Part shown: positions 9,596-20,168 of the stretch, in pieces
Numbering within the stretch: position 1 is the stretch's first letter
Layout of the letters: each line of letters opens with the position of its first letter
Origin: Escherichia phage SUT_E1620
Sequence record: OQ939939
Reading direction: 5' to 3' (one strand)
Length of the DNA: 64,000 nt
Position numbers and translations under genes: made by a program
The notes under the pieces: generated by a model
What the model was told of the DNA's origin: nothing
Database searches by the model: none
What the model saw: only the letters and a program-made list of their open reading frames with translations

Positions 9596-10926
9596 ATTTT
9601 AGCTAATTGTACTGCTTTCTCCGGAGTCATAGTAATAGTTTTCCATGCATTATTGCGATACACGGCCATACGTCCAGAAGCCTGTCTTAAACCAGTACCT
9701 CCTTTCATAATTAAATCTACAACAATCGGATCTAGCTTTCCGTCAACAATACGTTGAACGCGGCCTGCTAACTGTTCTATGAGAGATTCATTATTAATGA
9801 GACTTCCCATTATTAAACAAGACAGCTCGTTAAGAGAAATACCTTCTGAGAAGATACTCTGAGCTGCTGCAAGCACACAGGGTCCGCCCTCCGCTACATC
9901 TTTCTGGATTCTCAATCGGTCATCCAAAGGAGTTGCACCTATAATCTCATAGGTTGTAACACCACGTTGAGCGAGAGCTTCTAGTATTGTTTGAATTAGT
10001 TCTGTTCTATCACTTACAAAGAGAACCTTATGCCCCATAGACACATATAAATGTGCTAAGTTTATAATAGTTTCCCGATATTCAGGATGATTATACACAT
10101 CGTTAGCACGTAATGCCCACGGTACGTTCTGGTTTCCTGATAATTCTACAGGCACGGAGTACCTATGGATTGTGGGTGGAACAGTATTATTAACCGGAGG
10201 ACTAAAGATCTTATATCCAAAGAAGTCTTTGAACATAACTTGTAGCCCATCTTTACGTTTTAATGTACCTGATAGACCGATCTTGTAGCGAGCACATGAG
10301 ATCTCTAGGAAATTAGTGAAAGTTGTAGCTACACAGTGGTGAACTTCATCAACTATAACAGTACCGAATACCTTAGAAAGATTATTCGCATGTTTGTTCA
10401 CTGTTTGTATATTACTGACCACGATTGGTGGATCAATGTTATACTTTCCAGAACCTATAATACCCGGCTCGAATCCAAACCATTTACGAACTTCTGCAGC
10501 CCACATTTCACGAATGGATGTGTTAGTGCAGATTACCAGAGTTTTCTGGCCAAACTTATATGCAAGAGCTAGAGCTAGGATAGTTTTACCAAATCCAGGC
10601 TTACCATTGATAATACAAGTATCATCGCACTCTTCATATATAGGAAGCTGATCTTCCTCACGTAGCTTGAACTGAGGTTCTGGTATTTCTACCGGAGCTA
10701 ACGTGCGTTTGTCAACTAATTCGTATTTTACTCCCTTAGCATCTAGTAAATCTAGACGCGTAATGGGAATCCACTTAATCTCTTTAGCAACAACACCACT
10801 ATTCTTATACATAATAGGGTATTTACTAGTCATTGTCTCGATGTGATAAGTGGTTTGTTTACTACAGTAATCCCAGAGTTCATCATCGGGCTTGAAATAG
10901 GCTTTATTAGATATAACAACCTTCAT
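9574..10926 (-). CDS. DNA helicase, superfamily 2 (T5 D10-like)
   Basis: Walker A GKPGFGKT, DEAH-like DEVHH, helicase C-terminal motifs (QLAGRVQR). Confidence 0.85.
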   Translation of the reverse strand: MKVVISNKAYFKPDDELWDYCSKQTTYHIETMTSKYPIMYKNSGVVAKEIKWIPITRLDLLDAKGVKYELVDKRTLAPVEIPEPQFKLREEDQLPIYEECDDTCIINGKPGFGKTILALALAYKFGQKTLVICTNTSIREMWAAEVRKWFGFEPGIIGSGKYNIDPPIVVSNIQTVNKHANNLSKVFGTVIVDEVHHCVATTFTNFLEISCARYKIGLSGTLKRKDGLQVMFKDFFGYKIFSPPVNNTVPPTIHRYSVPVELSGNQNVPWALRANDVYNHPEYRETIINLAHLYVSMGHKVLFVSDRTELIQTILEALAQRGVTTYEIIGATPLDDRLRIQKDVAEGGPCVLAAAQSIFSEGISLNELSCLIMGSLINNESLIEQLAGRVQRIVDGKLDPIVVDLIMKGGTGLRQASGRMAVYRNNAWKTITMTPEKAVQLAKIAFGNCS

Positions 10927-11420
10927 AATTTTATTCTAAGTCTAGGAATTTCAGGCTCCTCTTGATGGACTTGATAAATAACAGGGCTATTATTTACCAG
11001 AATATAGCTTATATAAGCTGGAACATAGGATAGCACGAATGGATACGGGACTTTAGCCACATAGCATTGATACTTTCCATTATAAATTCTTGCAGAATGC
11101 AGAACTTTAGATGTGCTAACATCATAGAACGTAGTTTTCTTCCAGTTAATGAGATTTCCATCAGAATCTATGAACTGGCTACGCTTTGACCCAACTAATT
11201 GGGACAACATTGATATTCTACCACGAATAGGATAGAGCTTATAAGGTAATTCTTTCCGCTTCTCAAATAAGGCTAACCTACGTTGAGAGAATGTGCCAGG
11301 CAACTCCCTGTTATCTAACACATATTTATTATATCTTGTTGTAATTATGGAATAATCACCTTCCTGCTCAATTGATACAAACGCCCGTAAAGCATATACG
11401 GGCAATTTGAAATCAAGCAC
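10923..11420 (-). CDS. Hypothetical protein (165 aa)
   Basis: ORF with start/stop overlaps to flanking replication genes. Confidence 0.55.
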   Translation of the reverse strand: MLDFKLPVYALRAFVSIEQEGDYSIITTRYNKYVLDNRELPGTFSQRRLALFEKRKELPYKLYPIRGRISMLSQLVGSKRSQFIDSDGNLINWKKTTFYDVSTSKVLHSARIYNGKYQCYVAKVPYPFVLSYVPAYISYILVNNSPVIYQVHQEEPEIPRLRIKL

Positions 11421-13980
11421 CTAAAATCCTTTTCACATTATCCAGATCTTTACATACAGCAATAAACTTATCATCCTTGTACTTGCTGTGGTCTGGATGC
11501 TCTTTATCCATTGCAGCTAACTTCTTATACTCGAAATCTGCATCGAGTAATACACCCTTAACATAACGAGTATACTCATCATCATCAATACAAGCGATTG
11601 ATGGGTGCTGTTTCTTCATCTTACCACAAGAGTAGTCACGAGAACCACCTTTCTCAGAATCAGAATCAATACCGATTGGGCAGCCAGGGATACTAATACC
11701 ACGATCCTTCTGGATGTTACGAATCAGAATCTCGTTATACTGATCGATCAGATCTTCACGTACAATGGCAACCACGGAGTCGTGAACCAACATGACGATC
11801 TTCATCTCTTTTCCTAGACCCAGGGACAGGATTTCTTCATCAGCATCAATAGCCCCTAACAGGAGACTATCAGAAGATGCAGACTGAATGATTGCGTTAA
11901 ATCCAGAACGGATTTCTTCACCCTGAACACCACGATCTTCGGAATGGATGTTATGCAGACGACGCTTACGACCAAAGTGACTATAGATGAATCCAAAGTT
12001 CTTGATCTGATCGTGGCACTTATCAATCCAACGCTTAAGCTGAGGGAACTGACCGAAGTAAGTTTCGATATAGTCCTTCGCATCTGCAACGGTACATTCA
12101 ACAAACGGTTCGCCTGTCTTAGCGGCCTGTTCCAGAAGAGCTTCGTTAACAGAGTGAGCGACTTTAGCTGGGCCAGAACCATACAGAATACCGAAGGTAA
12201 TTGCCTTAGCAGCCTGACGCAGAGCTGGGAACAACTTCTTAACATCACGCGGTTCACAGGTCAGTTTAAATACCATGTGTGCGATGTTTGAGTGGAAGTC
12301 AGGATATTTATCAGGTTCATTCTTCATGTTGATAAATACTTGTTGCATATTTCTGTCACCAGACAGAACAGCAGCATAGTAAACTTCCGCAGTTGTTAAG
12401 TCCCATGCAATTACACGATATCCAGGAGGAGCTACTACACAACCCTTGATAATAGATTCATCACGTGGTAACTGTTGTAGGTTCAGCTTACCAGAAGAAC
12501 TCAGACGACCAGAAGTAGTCATATGTTCGTGGAAACCGGTACGAATACAACCATCTGCATCGATGCTCAGAAGAATCTTCTCAACATATGTAGAGATCAG
12601 CTTAGTCAGCTTACGAATCTCTAGCAGAGTTTTAGCAATCGGATGCTGAGTAGCCAATTCATTCAGAGCTTCTGCGTTTGTAGAATCTGCACCTGTATCT
12701 GTCAGTTTACCAGTTGGAGTCAGACCAACATAATCAAACAGAAGAACACGAAGTTGCTTAACAGAGTTCGGGTTAAATGCTTCGTTCTGATCTTTCTCTA
12801 GCTGAACGACTTCTGGATAAGTATACAGCTTTTCACGAGCCTTGTTCAGGTTGTGAGTTAACTGATACTGAGCTTCTTTCAAGCGATCAACAGAAATCGG
12901 TACACCTCGATCTTCAACACGTTGAAGGAATACACAACCAGGCATCAGAACGTCATAGTACAGACTGCAAAGCTTTTCATTCTTCTCAATTTTTGGTAAG
13001 AAGAAGTTATGCAGACGCAGAGTAGCATCGGTATCTTTTGCAGCATATGGCCACATAATATCAAATGGAATCAGATCATAGCTGAAATCCTCTTTTTTGA
13101 TCTTATGTGCCTTGCAATAATCATCCTTGAACTTATCCAGTTCAAAGTCGTAATCGCCCATGTCAGTATACTTCATAGCCAGAGATTTCAGGCCGTGGGT
13201 ACCACGACGTTCATCGAGAACATAGTGTTGTAACATGGTATCGTGAAGTCTACGCTCTTTATGTGCTTTCTCGAAGGAAAGTCCTAGATGATAGGAATAA
13301 AAGTGCATATCGAACTTCAAGTTATGGAAAACGATCTGATGATTCTTGCTATCCAGAATTTTCTGGAGATAATGTACAGCTACTTCGGTGATACTGTCAG
13401 AATCAATATAGACACCCTGATACTCTTGGTGAGACATAGAAACACCAAGTAGATAACCATCACGAGCGTACAGAGCTGAGGTTTCGGAGTCGAATGCGAT
13501 AGGACCGATAACCATGTTATACACCATCTTGATGTATTCTTCAGCTTCATCTGGATCAGTAATAGGACGATAATCACCAGCTTTTGCAATCTTCTCACGA
13601 CCATTAATAATATCGTGAATACTTTCTACAGTTGCATCGAAAACTGGTTTCATTTCAGGTTTAAAGTGTAACTGAGCTGGACTAATACTTGCAATCCAAT
13701 TGGCATAGCCGCCATGCTCTACACGTTTACCAGTATAATCACCGATACCTTTCTTACCTGCGAAATACAGGAAAGGTTCAGCACCAACTAGTACAACAAA
13801 ATCGTAATCGTTCGGATCGAACGGGTTATCTGGAGTTCCGATTGTAATATGCTTTTTCAGCAAACGGCCAGATAACTTCTCGTTACACATATGGAATACA
13901 TCAACTTCCTCACCATAAAGCTGGAAGTGTTTATCATAACGAGTGTTATTTAGAGCTTTATCAACTACTGCAATTTTCAA
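11413..13980 (-). CDS. DNA polymerase, family A, with 3'-5' exonuclease domain
   Basis: 855 aa (same length as T5 DNA polymerase); exo motifs (FDSETSAL), polymerase motifs (RxxxKxxxFGxxYG-like KAITFGILYGSG; VHDS). Confidence 0.9.
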   Translation of the reverse strand: MKIAVVDKALNNTRYDKHFQLYGEEVDVFHMCNEKLSGRLLKKHITIGTPDNPFDPNDYDFVVLVGAEPFLYFAGKKGIGDYTGKRVEHGGYANWIASISPAQLHFKPEMKPVFDATVESIHDIINGREKIAKAGDYRPITDPDEAEEYIKMVYNMVIGPIAFDSETSALYARDGYLLGVSMSHQEYQGVYIDSDSITEVAVHYLQKILDSKNHQIVFHNLKFDMHFYSYHLGLSFEKAHKERRLHDTMLQHYVLDERRGTHGLKSLAMKYTDMGDYDFELDKFKDDYCKAHKIKKEDFSYDLIPFDIMWPYAAKDTDATLRLHNFFLPKIEKNEKLCSLYYDVLMPGCVFLQRVEDRGVPISVDRLKEAQYQLTHNLNKAREKLYTYPEVVQLEKDQNEAFNPNSVKQLRVLLFDYVGLTPTGKLTDTGADSTNAEALNELATQHPIAKTLLEIRKLTKLISTYVEKILLSIDADGCIRTGFHEHMTTSGRLSSSGKLNLQQLPRDESIIKGCVVAPPGYRVIAWDLTTAEVYYAAVLSGDRNMQQVFINMKNEPDKYPDFHSNIAHMVFKLTCEPRDVKKLFPALRQAAKAITFGILYGSGPAKVAHSVNEALLEQAAKTGEPFVECTVADAKDYIETYFGQFPQLKRWIDKCHDQIKNFGFIYSHFGRKRRLHNIHSEDRGVQGEEIRSGFNAIIQSASSDSLLLGAIDADEEILSLGLGKEMKIVMLVHDSVVAIVREDLIDQYNEILIRNIQKDRGISIPGCPIGIDSDSEKGGSRDYSCGKMKKQHPSIACIDDDEYTRYVKGVLLDADFEYKKLAAMDKEHPDHSKYKDDKFIAVCKDLDNVKRILGA

Positions 13981-14034
13981 ATTTAGTCTCCTTTTGGTAA
14001 GTAAGTATAACTTCAGTGTTTCTTCTCTAACTTA

Positions 14035-14080
14035 CCAATATATTATACCAAATCTTTGAGCGATTCGGCAACTAAAATTT
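14035..14080 (-). promoter_or_regulatory. Sigma70-type promoter for DNA polymerase gene (minus strand)
   Basis: Reverse complement TTGCCG-N18-TATAAT; -10 overlaps primase stop codon. Confidence 0.55.
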
Positions 14081-14933
14081 CAATACGTTGAGCCAACATA
14101 TCGATCTCTTCTTTATTTAAGTCACCTGGGTCTTTGCCTTCTGGAAGAAGGAAGTTACCAACTACAGGTGTTAAACGTGTTTTTGTACGAATTAGCTTCG
14201 CTAGTGCTTGGGCAGCTTTATTACCAGAGGCATCATTATCTAGCAAGATAACAACTACTCTTACTCCAGCAATAATGTAAGGACTGAACTTATCAGCAAT
14301 GTTATCAGATGTAAACTGATGTGTACCAAAGCAGCAAGAAGCATAATCCACACCGTTATCTTCTAGATTTAACATATCAAAGATACCTTCAACTAGAACA
14401 AGAACTGGTGTATTATATCGTACAGGGAAAATCGGTGGTGAAACTTGTTTTGGTTTTACTAAGTATTTAGGAGGGGCAGAACTGTTTATAGAACGTCCCA
14501 GAAATAGGATATTGCGTCCAACAGCATCTGTTATTGGGAATACAATTCTGCCTTCCCAGTCTGCTTGATGTTGGAAAGCAAAATATTTCTTCAAGGTCTT
14601 AGAACTGATACCTCGGAAATCACCTTCGAAAAGGTAAGCAGATTCAGGAATTGCAAGATTCGTAGATCCATTCCTAATCTCTGAAATCTTTTTACGTACT
14701 TGTGACAATCTTGGTGACTGTCTGTACTGAGTCTCATTAAAATAATGGTAAATGCTCGGTATTCCTCTACCGAAGCCACAACTCAAGCAGTGCATAATAC
14801 CTGATTCAGGATCAATACGCAAACTTGGGTGTTTATCATCATGATCTGGATTGAGACAACAGATGAGGATGTCCCCACCTGTGTCTTTGTATTCAATGCC
14901 TTTCAGATCAAGTAGTTCTGTTATTCTACTCAT
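14043..14933 (-). CDS. DNA primase (zinc-binding + Toprim domain)
   Basis: CHC2-like zinc motif (CCLNPDHDDKHPS...CLSCGF), Toprim acidic motif (VLVEGIFDMLNLED). Confidence 0.8.
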   Translation of the reverse strand: MSRITELLDLKGIEYKDTGGDILICCLNPDHDDKHPSLRIDPESGIMHCLSCGFGRGIPSIYHYFNETQYRQSPRLSQVRKKISEIRNGSTNLAIPESAYLFEGDFRGISSKTLKKYFAFQHQADWEGRIVFPITDAVGRNILFLGRSINSSAPPKYLVKPKQVSPPIFPVRYNTPVLVLVEGIFDMLNLEDNGVDYASCCFGTHQFTSDNIADKFSPYIIAGVRVVVILLDNDASGNKAAQALAKLIRTKTRLTPVVGNFLLPEGKDPGDLNKEEIDMLAQRIEILVAESLKDLV

Positions 14934-16402
14934 ATATCGCTGGCCTGTTCACCTGTTGAATTTTCAGCTTTGTCTTTCTTAGCACGTTTAGGTTGAGCTG
15001 GTTTATCCTTTTCAATAGGAATAACGAACTCAGCTTCCATTTGCGCAATATCTTCCATTGCTAGGTTGGTAGTGTTATCCATTCGTAGAGTTTCCCAGTT
15101 CATCTTAGGCATAAACTTCACACTATCAGAGGAACGAGTCTTAACGAAGTCAAACATAATAGCACCTTGACCGTTATCAGCTTTTGCAGCATTAAGATTA
15201 GCAGCCATATCTGCGGAATCAAGAATCCCTTTAGACATACGCGTTCTACCATCTTGGTCAATCTGGTAAGGGGCAACACCAGCCACGTTATGTTTCTGGC
15301 AGATAGATTTGAAAGATGAACTAACAACCATCTGTTCTTTCCAGTCATACATATCAATGGTCTTTGAATCTGGAAGTCTTGTTTGGTTAATATAGTCTAG
15401 AAGAGCTACAGTAACCTTATCACCATACTTAGCAACTAGTTTATTTAATTCTACGTCAACCGTCGTAATAGACAGTTCAGGATCGTAAACGATGATCATA
15501 GGAGTGTGAAGCTCATAGCCTTCAAGGAGTTTACTTTCCATATCATAGAAGTCACTCATTTTAGCCATAGTGTATTGCTTAACGAAGTTATCGAAAAGCT
15601 CTTCACCACCATTAAACATCCTAGCCCTAGTTCTGGCTAATCTCAACAGAGCAGCACCTTCAAGAGTGTTGTTACGCATTGCTAATGCAGATACTCCAGC
15701 TAACATAGCCAGATTACGTCTAAACACTTCGTGCTCTTTCATCTCAATTGAGAAATATGGAGCAATGTCTCCATTCAAATATTGCTGAACCTGTATGTTT
15801 GAACAGATAATGGATTTACCAGTACCACGCCAACCACCAAGCAGTAACGTTTCTGTGCGAGCTAAACCAATTTGAGCGTCGAACTCATTACAAATACCAA
15901 GAGCGATCAAGTTCAGTTTGGTATCTTCTTCTCTCTGGAAAATACGCATTGTGTCTGCGTTGAATACCTTTCCAGTATTCGTTACTTTCTCTTCTAATTT
16001 TAAGTGAAGGGAGGCAACTCGGTTGAGAATTTCTCCCTGATCCAGCATTGTTAAATCTTGAAGCACGTCTGTTTCTAGAAGCTTCAGGAATAGATCCTGT
16101 GTATATTCGGCTTCTAGGACTTCAAGCGCCTGTTCCATGCTCACTTCTGGAATTTGAGTGTTAGCTAAGACGACAAGAGCTTGAGAAAGGCGGGCGTTCC
16201 TATTGGCCTCAAGCATCAGTGCGTCAATGGACGGCATTGCGTTATATTTCTTATAATAATTCTGGACGGCTTGGTAAATTGAGGAGAAAGCGTCATTAAA
16301 ATGATCTTTATGCAGTTTTGAGAATGTTTCCAATGCTATTTGCTTCTGTTCAGAAGCGAGAAGCATCTTCAACACTACAGCTTGCACGTTAAACAAGGTC
16401 AT
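14930..16402 (-). CDS. Replicative helicase, DnaB-like (RecA-fold ATPase)
   Basis: Walker A GGWRGTGKS; start set at internal Met preceded by AAGGAG (track ORF extends to 16453). Confidence 0.75.
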   Translation of the reverse strand: MTLFNVQAVVLKMLLASEQKQIALETFSKLHKDHFNDAFSSIYQAVQNYYKKYNAMPSIDALMLEANRNARLSQALVVLANTQIPEVSMEQALEVLEAEYTQDLFLKLLETDVLQDLTMLDQGEILNRVASLHLKLEEKVTNTGKVFNADTMRIFQREEDTKLNLIALGICNEFDAQIGLARTETLLLGGWRGTGKSIICSNIQVQQYLNGDIAPYFSIEMKEHEVFRRNLAMLAGVSALAMRNNTLEGAALLRLARTRARMFNGGEELFDNFVKQYTMAKMSDFYDMESKLLEGYELHTPMIIVYDPELSITTVDVELNKLVAKYGDKVTVALLDYINQTRLPDSKTIDMYDWKEQMVVSSSFKSICQKHNVAGVAPYQIDQDGRTRMSKGILDSADMAANLNAAKADNGQGAIMFDFVKTRSSDSVKFMPKMNWETLRMDNTTNLAMEDIAQMEAEFVIPIEKDKPAQPKRAKKDKAENSTGEQASDI

Positions 16403-16435
16403 TCTCCTTTGCACGCTTTCGTGCCTTCTAAATGC

Positions 16436-16468
16436 AAAAAGGGGAAGGAGCATAGCCCCCTCCCCTTA
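16436..16468 (-). terminator. Rho-independent terminator (minus strand)
   Basis: GC-rich hairpin (GGGGAAGGAGCATAGCCCCCTCCCC) followed on minus strand by T-run. Confidence 0.6.
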
Positions 16469-16484
16469 GGTTTAATTTACCAGA

Positions 16485-17252
16485 TTATTCAGCAGCCGCA
16501 GCTTTTGCATCCAGTTTAGCACGCTTAGCGGCACCATCATAGTCCTTAGCAACCAGACCACGACGAGACAGCATAGATTTAACACCGCGCTCAGACTTAC
16601 CAGTTTTCTCAGCGATCTCAGCAACAGTCATGTTAGCCAGATCCAGACCTTCTAACAGATCTTCACGAGTTTTAGCACTTGAAGTTTCCTGTACCGGCAT
16701 AGCAGCGATACGACCTTCACGAAGCAGACTCAGAGCTTTACCACGGATCTGCTTAATATTGCGACCGAAGTGAGCAGCGATAGCTTCAATAGTAGCACCA
16801 GCAACAACCTGATTAACGAAATCAGTTTCTTCGTCAGGAGTGAAGGAACGAACAGCAGCAGCTTTTTCGGTTGGCTTAACAGAAGCAGTCATTTCCAGAC
16901 TCAGGATCTTACCCTGTACCTGCTTAGCACCGAACTGACCACCAGCTACAGCAGCAGCGATTTCAGCGTAAGTATACTGACCAGCATGAGCGTTCAGGAA
17001 ATCAACCAGTTCAGCTTCCTGCTCAGGAGTCCACGGGGATTTCTGTACTTCGTTTGCTTTCTGTACTTCGAAACCTTCTTTACGCAGCTTAGAGCCAACA
17101 GAGCGAGCGGTAACGTCTTTACCAGTCTCGGTAGCCAGTTCAGCAGCGATAGCAGCTACTTGTTCTTGAGAGATTACAGCAACACCCAGAGCAGTGGCTT
17201 TTGCTTTCAGAGACTCGGTTACACCTTCTACGTTCCAGTTCAGTTTAGACAT
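16485..17252 (-). CDS. Abundant DNA-binding protein (T5 D5-like position), Ala-rich with internal repeats
   Basis: 255 aa; host-optimal codon usage; duplicated GxKxLSL/HTH-like segments; synteny next to ligase genes. Confidence 0.55.
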   Translation of the reverse strand: MSKLNWNVEGVTESLKAKATALGVAVISQEQVAAIAAELATETGKDVTARSVGSKLRKEGFEVQKANEVQKSPWTPEQEAELVDFLNAHAGQYTYAEIAAAVAGGQFGAKQVQGKILSLEMTASVKPTEKAAAVRSFTPDEETDFVNQVVAGATIEAIAAHFGRNIKQIRGKALSLLREGRIAAMPVQETSSAKTREDLLEGLDLANMTVAEIAEKTGKSERGVKSMLSRRGLVAKDYDGAAKRAKLDAKAAAAE

Positions 17253-18027
17253 TATTATTTTTCTCCAATAGTTCTTTAATCGACAGGATTTCTATCCCAT
17301 TCGTTTCGGCTTTCTTATAAGATGAGGAAGAACGTTTTGATTCATCCTCACAGATTAGGTATTTGACGTCTTTGGTAACGGACTTCTTAACCGTATATCC
17401 TAGACTTTCTAAATAGTTTGTTGCATCCGTTCGATTTGCAAAATCTTGCAAAGATCCGGTAATACAGACCGTGATTCCATTTGGCTGGGCAACTAAATCA
17501 TCTGTAATGATGATATCAGCTTTAGCACCTCGAATACCAGTTGAGAATTTCCACGGTAATTCAATAACATCCTTGCCTTGTGGGGAATTTAGCCAGGTTT
17601 TGTAATTTTCTCCAGCCTTGCCGTCAGCCTTCACATCGTGGAAGCTAGTGCAATTTTGGGACAGTTTCTTTGCTGCAACCTCTCCAATAAGAGGAATTCC
17701 TAAAGAACCGAGAACCGAACCAAAGTCAATGTCTCCGCGAACCTTAGTATTTAACTCGCTAATCAACTTAGCGGCAACCTTGCTACCCACAGCTCCGACC
17801 AAATCTTCTTCGGTCAGGTAAAACAGTTCTGAGATCTTAGTCAGTTCCAGCTTCTCAATAGTTTTCGGGCCAAAGCCCTTTAACTTCATTTTTGTGCAGA
17901 AGTTCTCGATTAACTTACTTGATTGCGCTGGACAGTTGGACTTATTCCTACAGAATAATTGCCCGTTGACAAGATCTAGCTTAGAACCACAAGAGGGACA
18001 TTGTGTTGGAATTTCGATTTTCATCAA
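17245..18027 (-). CDS. NAD-dependent DNA ligase, subunit B (Zn-finger/HhH/BRCT part)
   Basis: Cys4 motif CPSCGSKL...CRNKSNC, HhH-like GIGPKT, C-terminal BRCT-like region. Confidence 0.75.
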   Translation of the reverse strand: MMKIEIPTQCPSCGSKLDLVNGQLFCRNKSNCPAQSSKLIENFCTKMKLKGFGPKTIEKLELTKISELFYLTEEDLVGAVGSKVAAKLISELNTKVRGDIDFGSVLGSLGIPLIGEVAAKKLSQNCTSFHDVKADGKAGENYKTWLNSPQGKDVIELPWKFSTGIRGAKADIIITDDLVAQPNGITVCITGSLQDFANRTDATNYLESLGYTVKKSVTKDVKYLICEDESKRSSSSYKKAETNGIEILSIKELLEKNNNV

Positions 18028-18044
18028 ATTTCTTCCTTATCAAT

Positions 18045-18095
18045 TTATATAAATATTATAGCAAGTATTTAAGCATTTAGCAACTACAATTTTAA
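18045..18095 (-). promoter_or_regulatory. Sigma70-type early promoter (minus strand)
   Basis: Reverse complement TTGCTA-N17-TATAAT plus conserved ATAAATTGATAAGG box immediately before ligase B start. Confidence 0.7.
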
Positions 18096-18226
18096 CTAAC
18101 TTTGCTTACCCTCGCCATAACTTTCTATCCCTCAACTGAATGATAATAGTATATACCTAAGCGGCGAAAATGTCAATAACCACTTTATAATTCCGACACG
18201 GTAAACGGGTAGCAAAGGGTTACGAA

Positions 18227-19198
18227 TTAGTCGTATACTCGCTCTACTATACAAGGGATTACACCACCAGCACGAATCACTCGAATCTGGCAACCGATCT
18301 CTAAATCGAGAGCGTTAATATAATCAACGTTATTAAGAGTTGCTTTAACGATTGTGGCATCATCAATAATCACCGGTTCGAAATAACCAACTGGAGTTAC
18401 TTTACCAGAAGCCCCTACTTGCCATTCAACTTTAACAAGTGTGGTAATTTCGCCTTCTTCATCCTCTTTAATAGCAAATGCACCACGAGGAAATTTATTA
18501 GTCCAACCTTCACGGAAGAATTTATTGTTGTCGTTAATACGAACAACTTTACCGTCCGTCGGAATCCATTTAAAAAAGGAACGAACATTAACAACTGTCA
18601 AGAAGTTCTCATTCTCTAGCCAAAGCATATCTTTTAAATAGGCTTCTGTAATACCGACTGTTTCCGCTGAACACTGGATACCATATGCAACGAAGATTAA
18701 ACCACCTTCACCAATACGTTGCATGAAATCATCACTATCTTTCAGGTTAATAGCACCCGAAGCGTAGTTACGTTTGTTCTCTACTTCTTTAGTAATGAGA
18801 ACTTCACCAGTGATTTGAGTTGGTACTTTTTGGGAAATAGTTTTGGGGATGTTTAGCATTTTAACATTATGCGTTACATCATTCCCTAGAATACCGTTAC
18901 CACGAGTTAACGCTTGAACAAATTCACCATTAATGTATAATAGAGAAATCGCACAACCATCTAACTTATCAGTTTCAACCTGACCTAATGGATTAAACGG
19001 AGCTTTATCACCACGATCGTAATAGACTTTCTGTAAAGAATACATACGATACAAATGAGGAATATCACCTTTCGGCCCGATTTCTTCCTCTAGCGGGAAT
19101 CTTTTAATCAGACGATCATATTCTTCATCGGAAATAAGACTCATTCCCTGGTAGTACGCTTCTTGACAACGTTTGATAAAGTCTTTTACATTATTCAT
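18227..19198 (-). CDS. NAD-dependent DNA ligase, subunit A (adenylation/OB part)
   Basis: KxDG adenylation motif (ETDKLDGC), NAD-ligase N-terminal region. Confidence 0.8.
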   Translation of the reverse strand: MNNVKDFIKRCQEAYYQGMSLISDEEYDRLIKRFPLEEEIGPKGDIPHLYRMYSLQKVYYDRGDKAPFNPLGQVETDKLDGCAISLLYINGEFVQALTRGNGILGNDVTHNVKMLNIPKTISQKVPTQITGEVLITKEVENKRNYASGAINLKDSDDFMQRIGEGGLIFVAYGIQCSAETVGITEAYLKDMLWLENENFLTVVNVRSFFKWIPTDGKVVRINDNNKFFREGWTNKFPRGAFAIKEDEEGEITTLVKVEWQVGASGKVTPVGYFEPVIIDDATIVKATLNNVDYINALDLEIGCQIRVIRAGGVIPCIVERVYD

Positions 19199-19409
19199 CG
19201 TCTGCGATTTCCATTTTGAGTTCTTTGTTATACTGAGCAGCCATACCAGCTAAATCAGCAGCTTCTTTCAACCACGCATCTTTGTACGCTTTCTGGTTTG
19301 GAGTGCCGATACTATCCTGGTAATTGATTCTTGCTATGGAGAGCAAATTAAGTTTTGCTTGAATCTTTGGAAGTGTTATTGTCATTGCCATAATTGATCC
19401 TCTCATCAA
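19191..19409 (-). CDS. Hypothetical protein (72 aa)
   Basis: ORF directly downstream of consensus minus-strand promoter. Confidence 0.6.
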   Translation of the reverse strand: MMRGSIMAMTITLPKIQAKLNLLSIARINYQDSIGTPNQKAYKDAWLKEAADLAGMAAQYNKELKMEIADDE

Positions 19410-19460
19410 TTTATATAAATATTATATATGAAAACTGAGTCGAAAGCAAGTACATTTATA
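19410..19460 (-). promoter_or_regulatory. Sigma70-type early promoter (minus strand)
   Basis: Reverse complement TTGCTT-N17-TATAAT plus ATAAATTGATGAGAGG box. Confidence 0.7.
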
Positions 19461-19476
19461 AAGAAAAAGCCAAGAA

Positions 19477-19785
19477 CTAGGCATTCTTGGCTTTGAGTTC
19501 TTCAGCTCGTTTCTGTACTTCATGCAAGACCTCGGATTCACTGAGGATTTGCGTAAAAGCGTAAAATAGCTGTGATGTAGTTTCTAGGGTATAAGGAAAA
19601 GAGAAGCCGGATTTCGTTGGAAACCACTCTCCAGTAATATCTTGGAGCCAGTAACGAATTCCCATGTATAGATTCCCACGAAATTCAGATACGGTTAGTC
19701 TTACTTGTTCCCCCTCCTTCTCCCAAAGCATGATGGACTGGTCGTCAACGTGTCCTTCATAGTTTTGATTTACCTGATCACTCAT
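19477..19785 (-). CDS. Hypothetical protein (102 aa)
   Basis: Six-frame ORF; terminator downstream of preceding gene. Confidence 0.55.
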   Translation of the reverse strand: MSDQVNQNYEGHVDDQSIMLWEKEGEQVRLTVSEFRGNLYMGIRYWLQDITGEWFPTKSGFSFPYTLETTSQLFYAFTQILSESEVLHEVQKRAEELKAKNA

Positions 19786-19794
19786 TTACATATC

Positions 19795-19826
19795 CCAAAT
19801 ACACAAAAAGCCCCATATAGGGGCTA
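19795..19826 (-). terminator. Rho-independent terminator (minus strand)
   Basis: AGCCCCATATAGGGGCT hairpin followed on minus strand by TTTTTGTGT. Confidence 0.7.
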
Positions 19827-19835
19827 ATTGGTTTC

Positions 19836-20132
19836 TTATCGGCCTACTGGAGAAGCACGATCTAACTCTGACTGGAGGCTCGTCACACGGCGAACTTTCG
19901 CAACAGGAATGAAACGGAAGCTATCATTAGTACGAGAGAAAACGAGGATTTCATCTTCTTTCGGCTTACGGATGTGCTCACGTTTAATACGCTCAGCCAG
20001 GTATTTATCCTGAGCTGGATCAAATTCCATCGTACCCTGAAGGTACGTGGTTCCTTTCTGACGAAGTTTTTCGTAATGAAGATAAAACTCACCAAATTTT
20101 TCGCATTGAGCAATAATTTCAGCTTTATTCAT
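19836..20132 (-). CDS. Hypothetical protein (98 aa)
   Basis: Six-frame ORF. Confidence 0.55.
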   Translation of the reverse strand: MNKAEIIAQCEKFGEFYLHYEKLRQKGTTYLQGTMEFDPAQDKYLAERIKREHIRKPKEDEILVFSRTNDSFRFIPVAKVRRVTSLQSELDRASPVGR

Positions 20133-20168
20133 AACTGTATTCCTTGTGTTGGTGGATTTATCTAAGAA

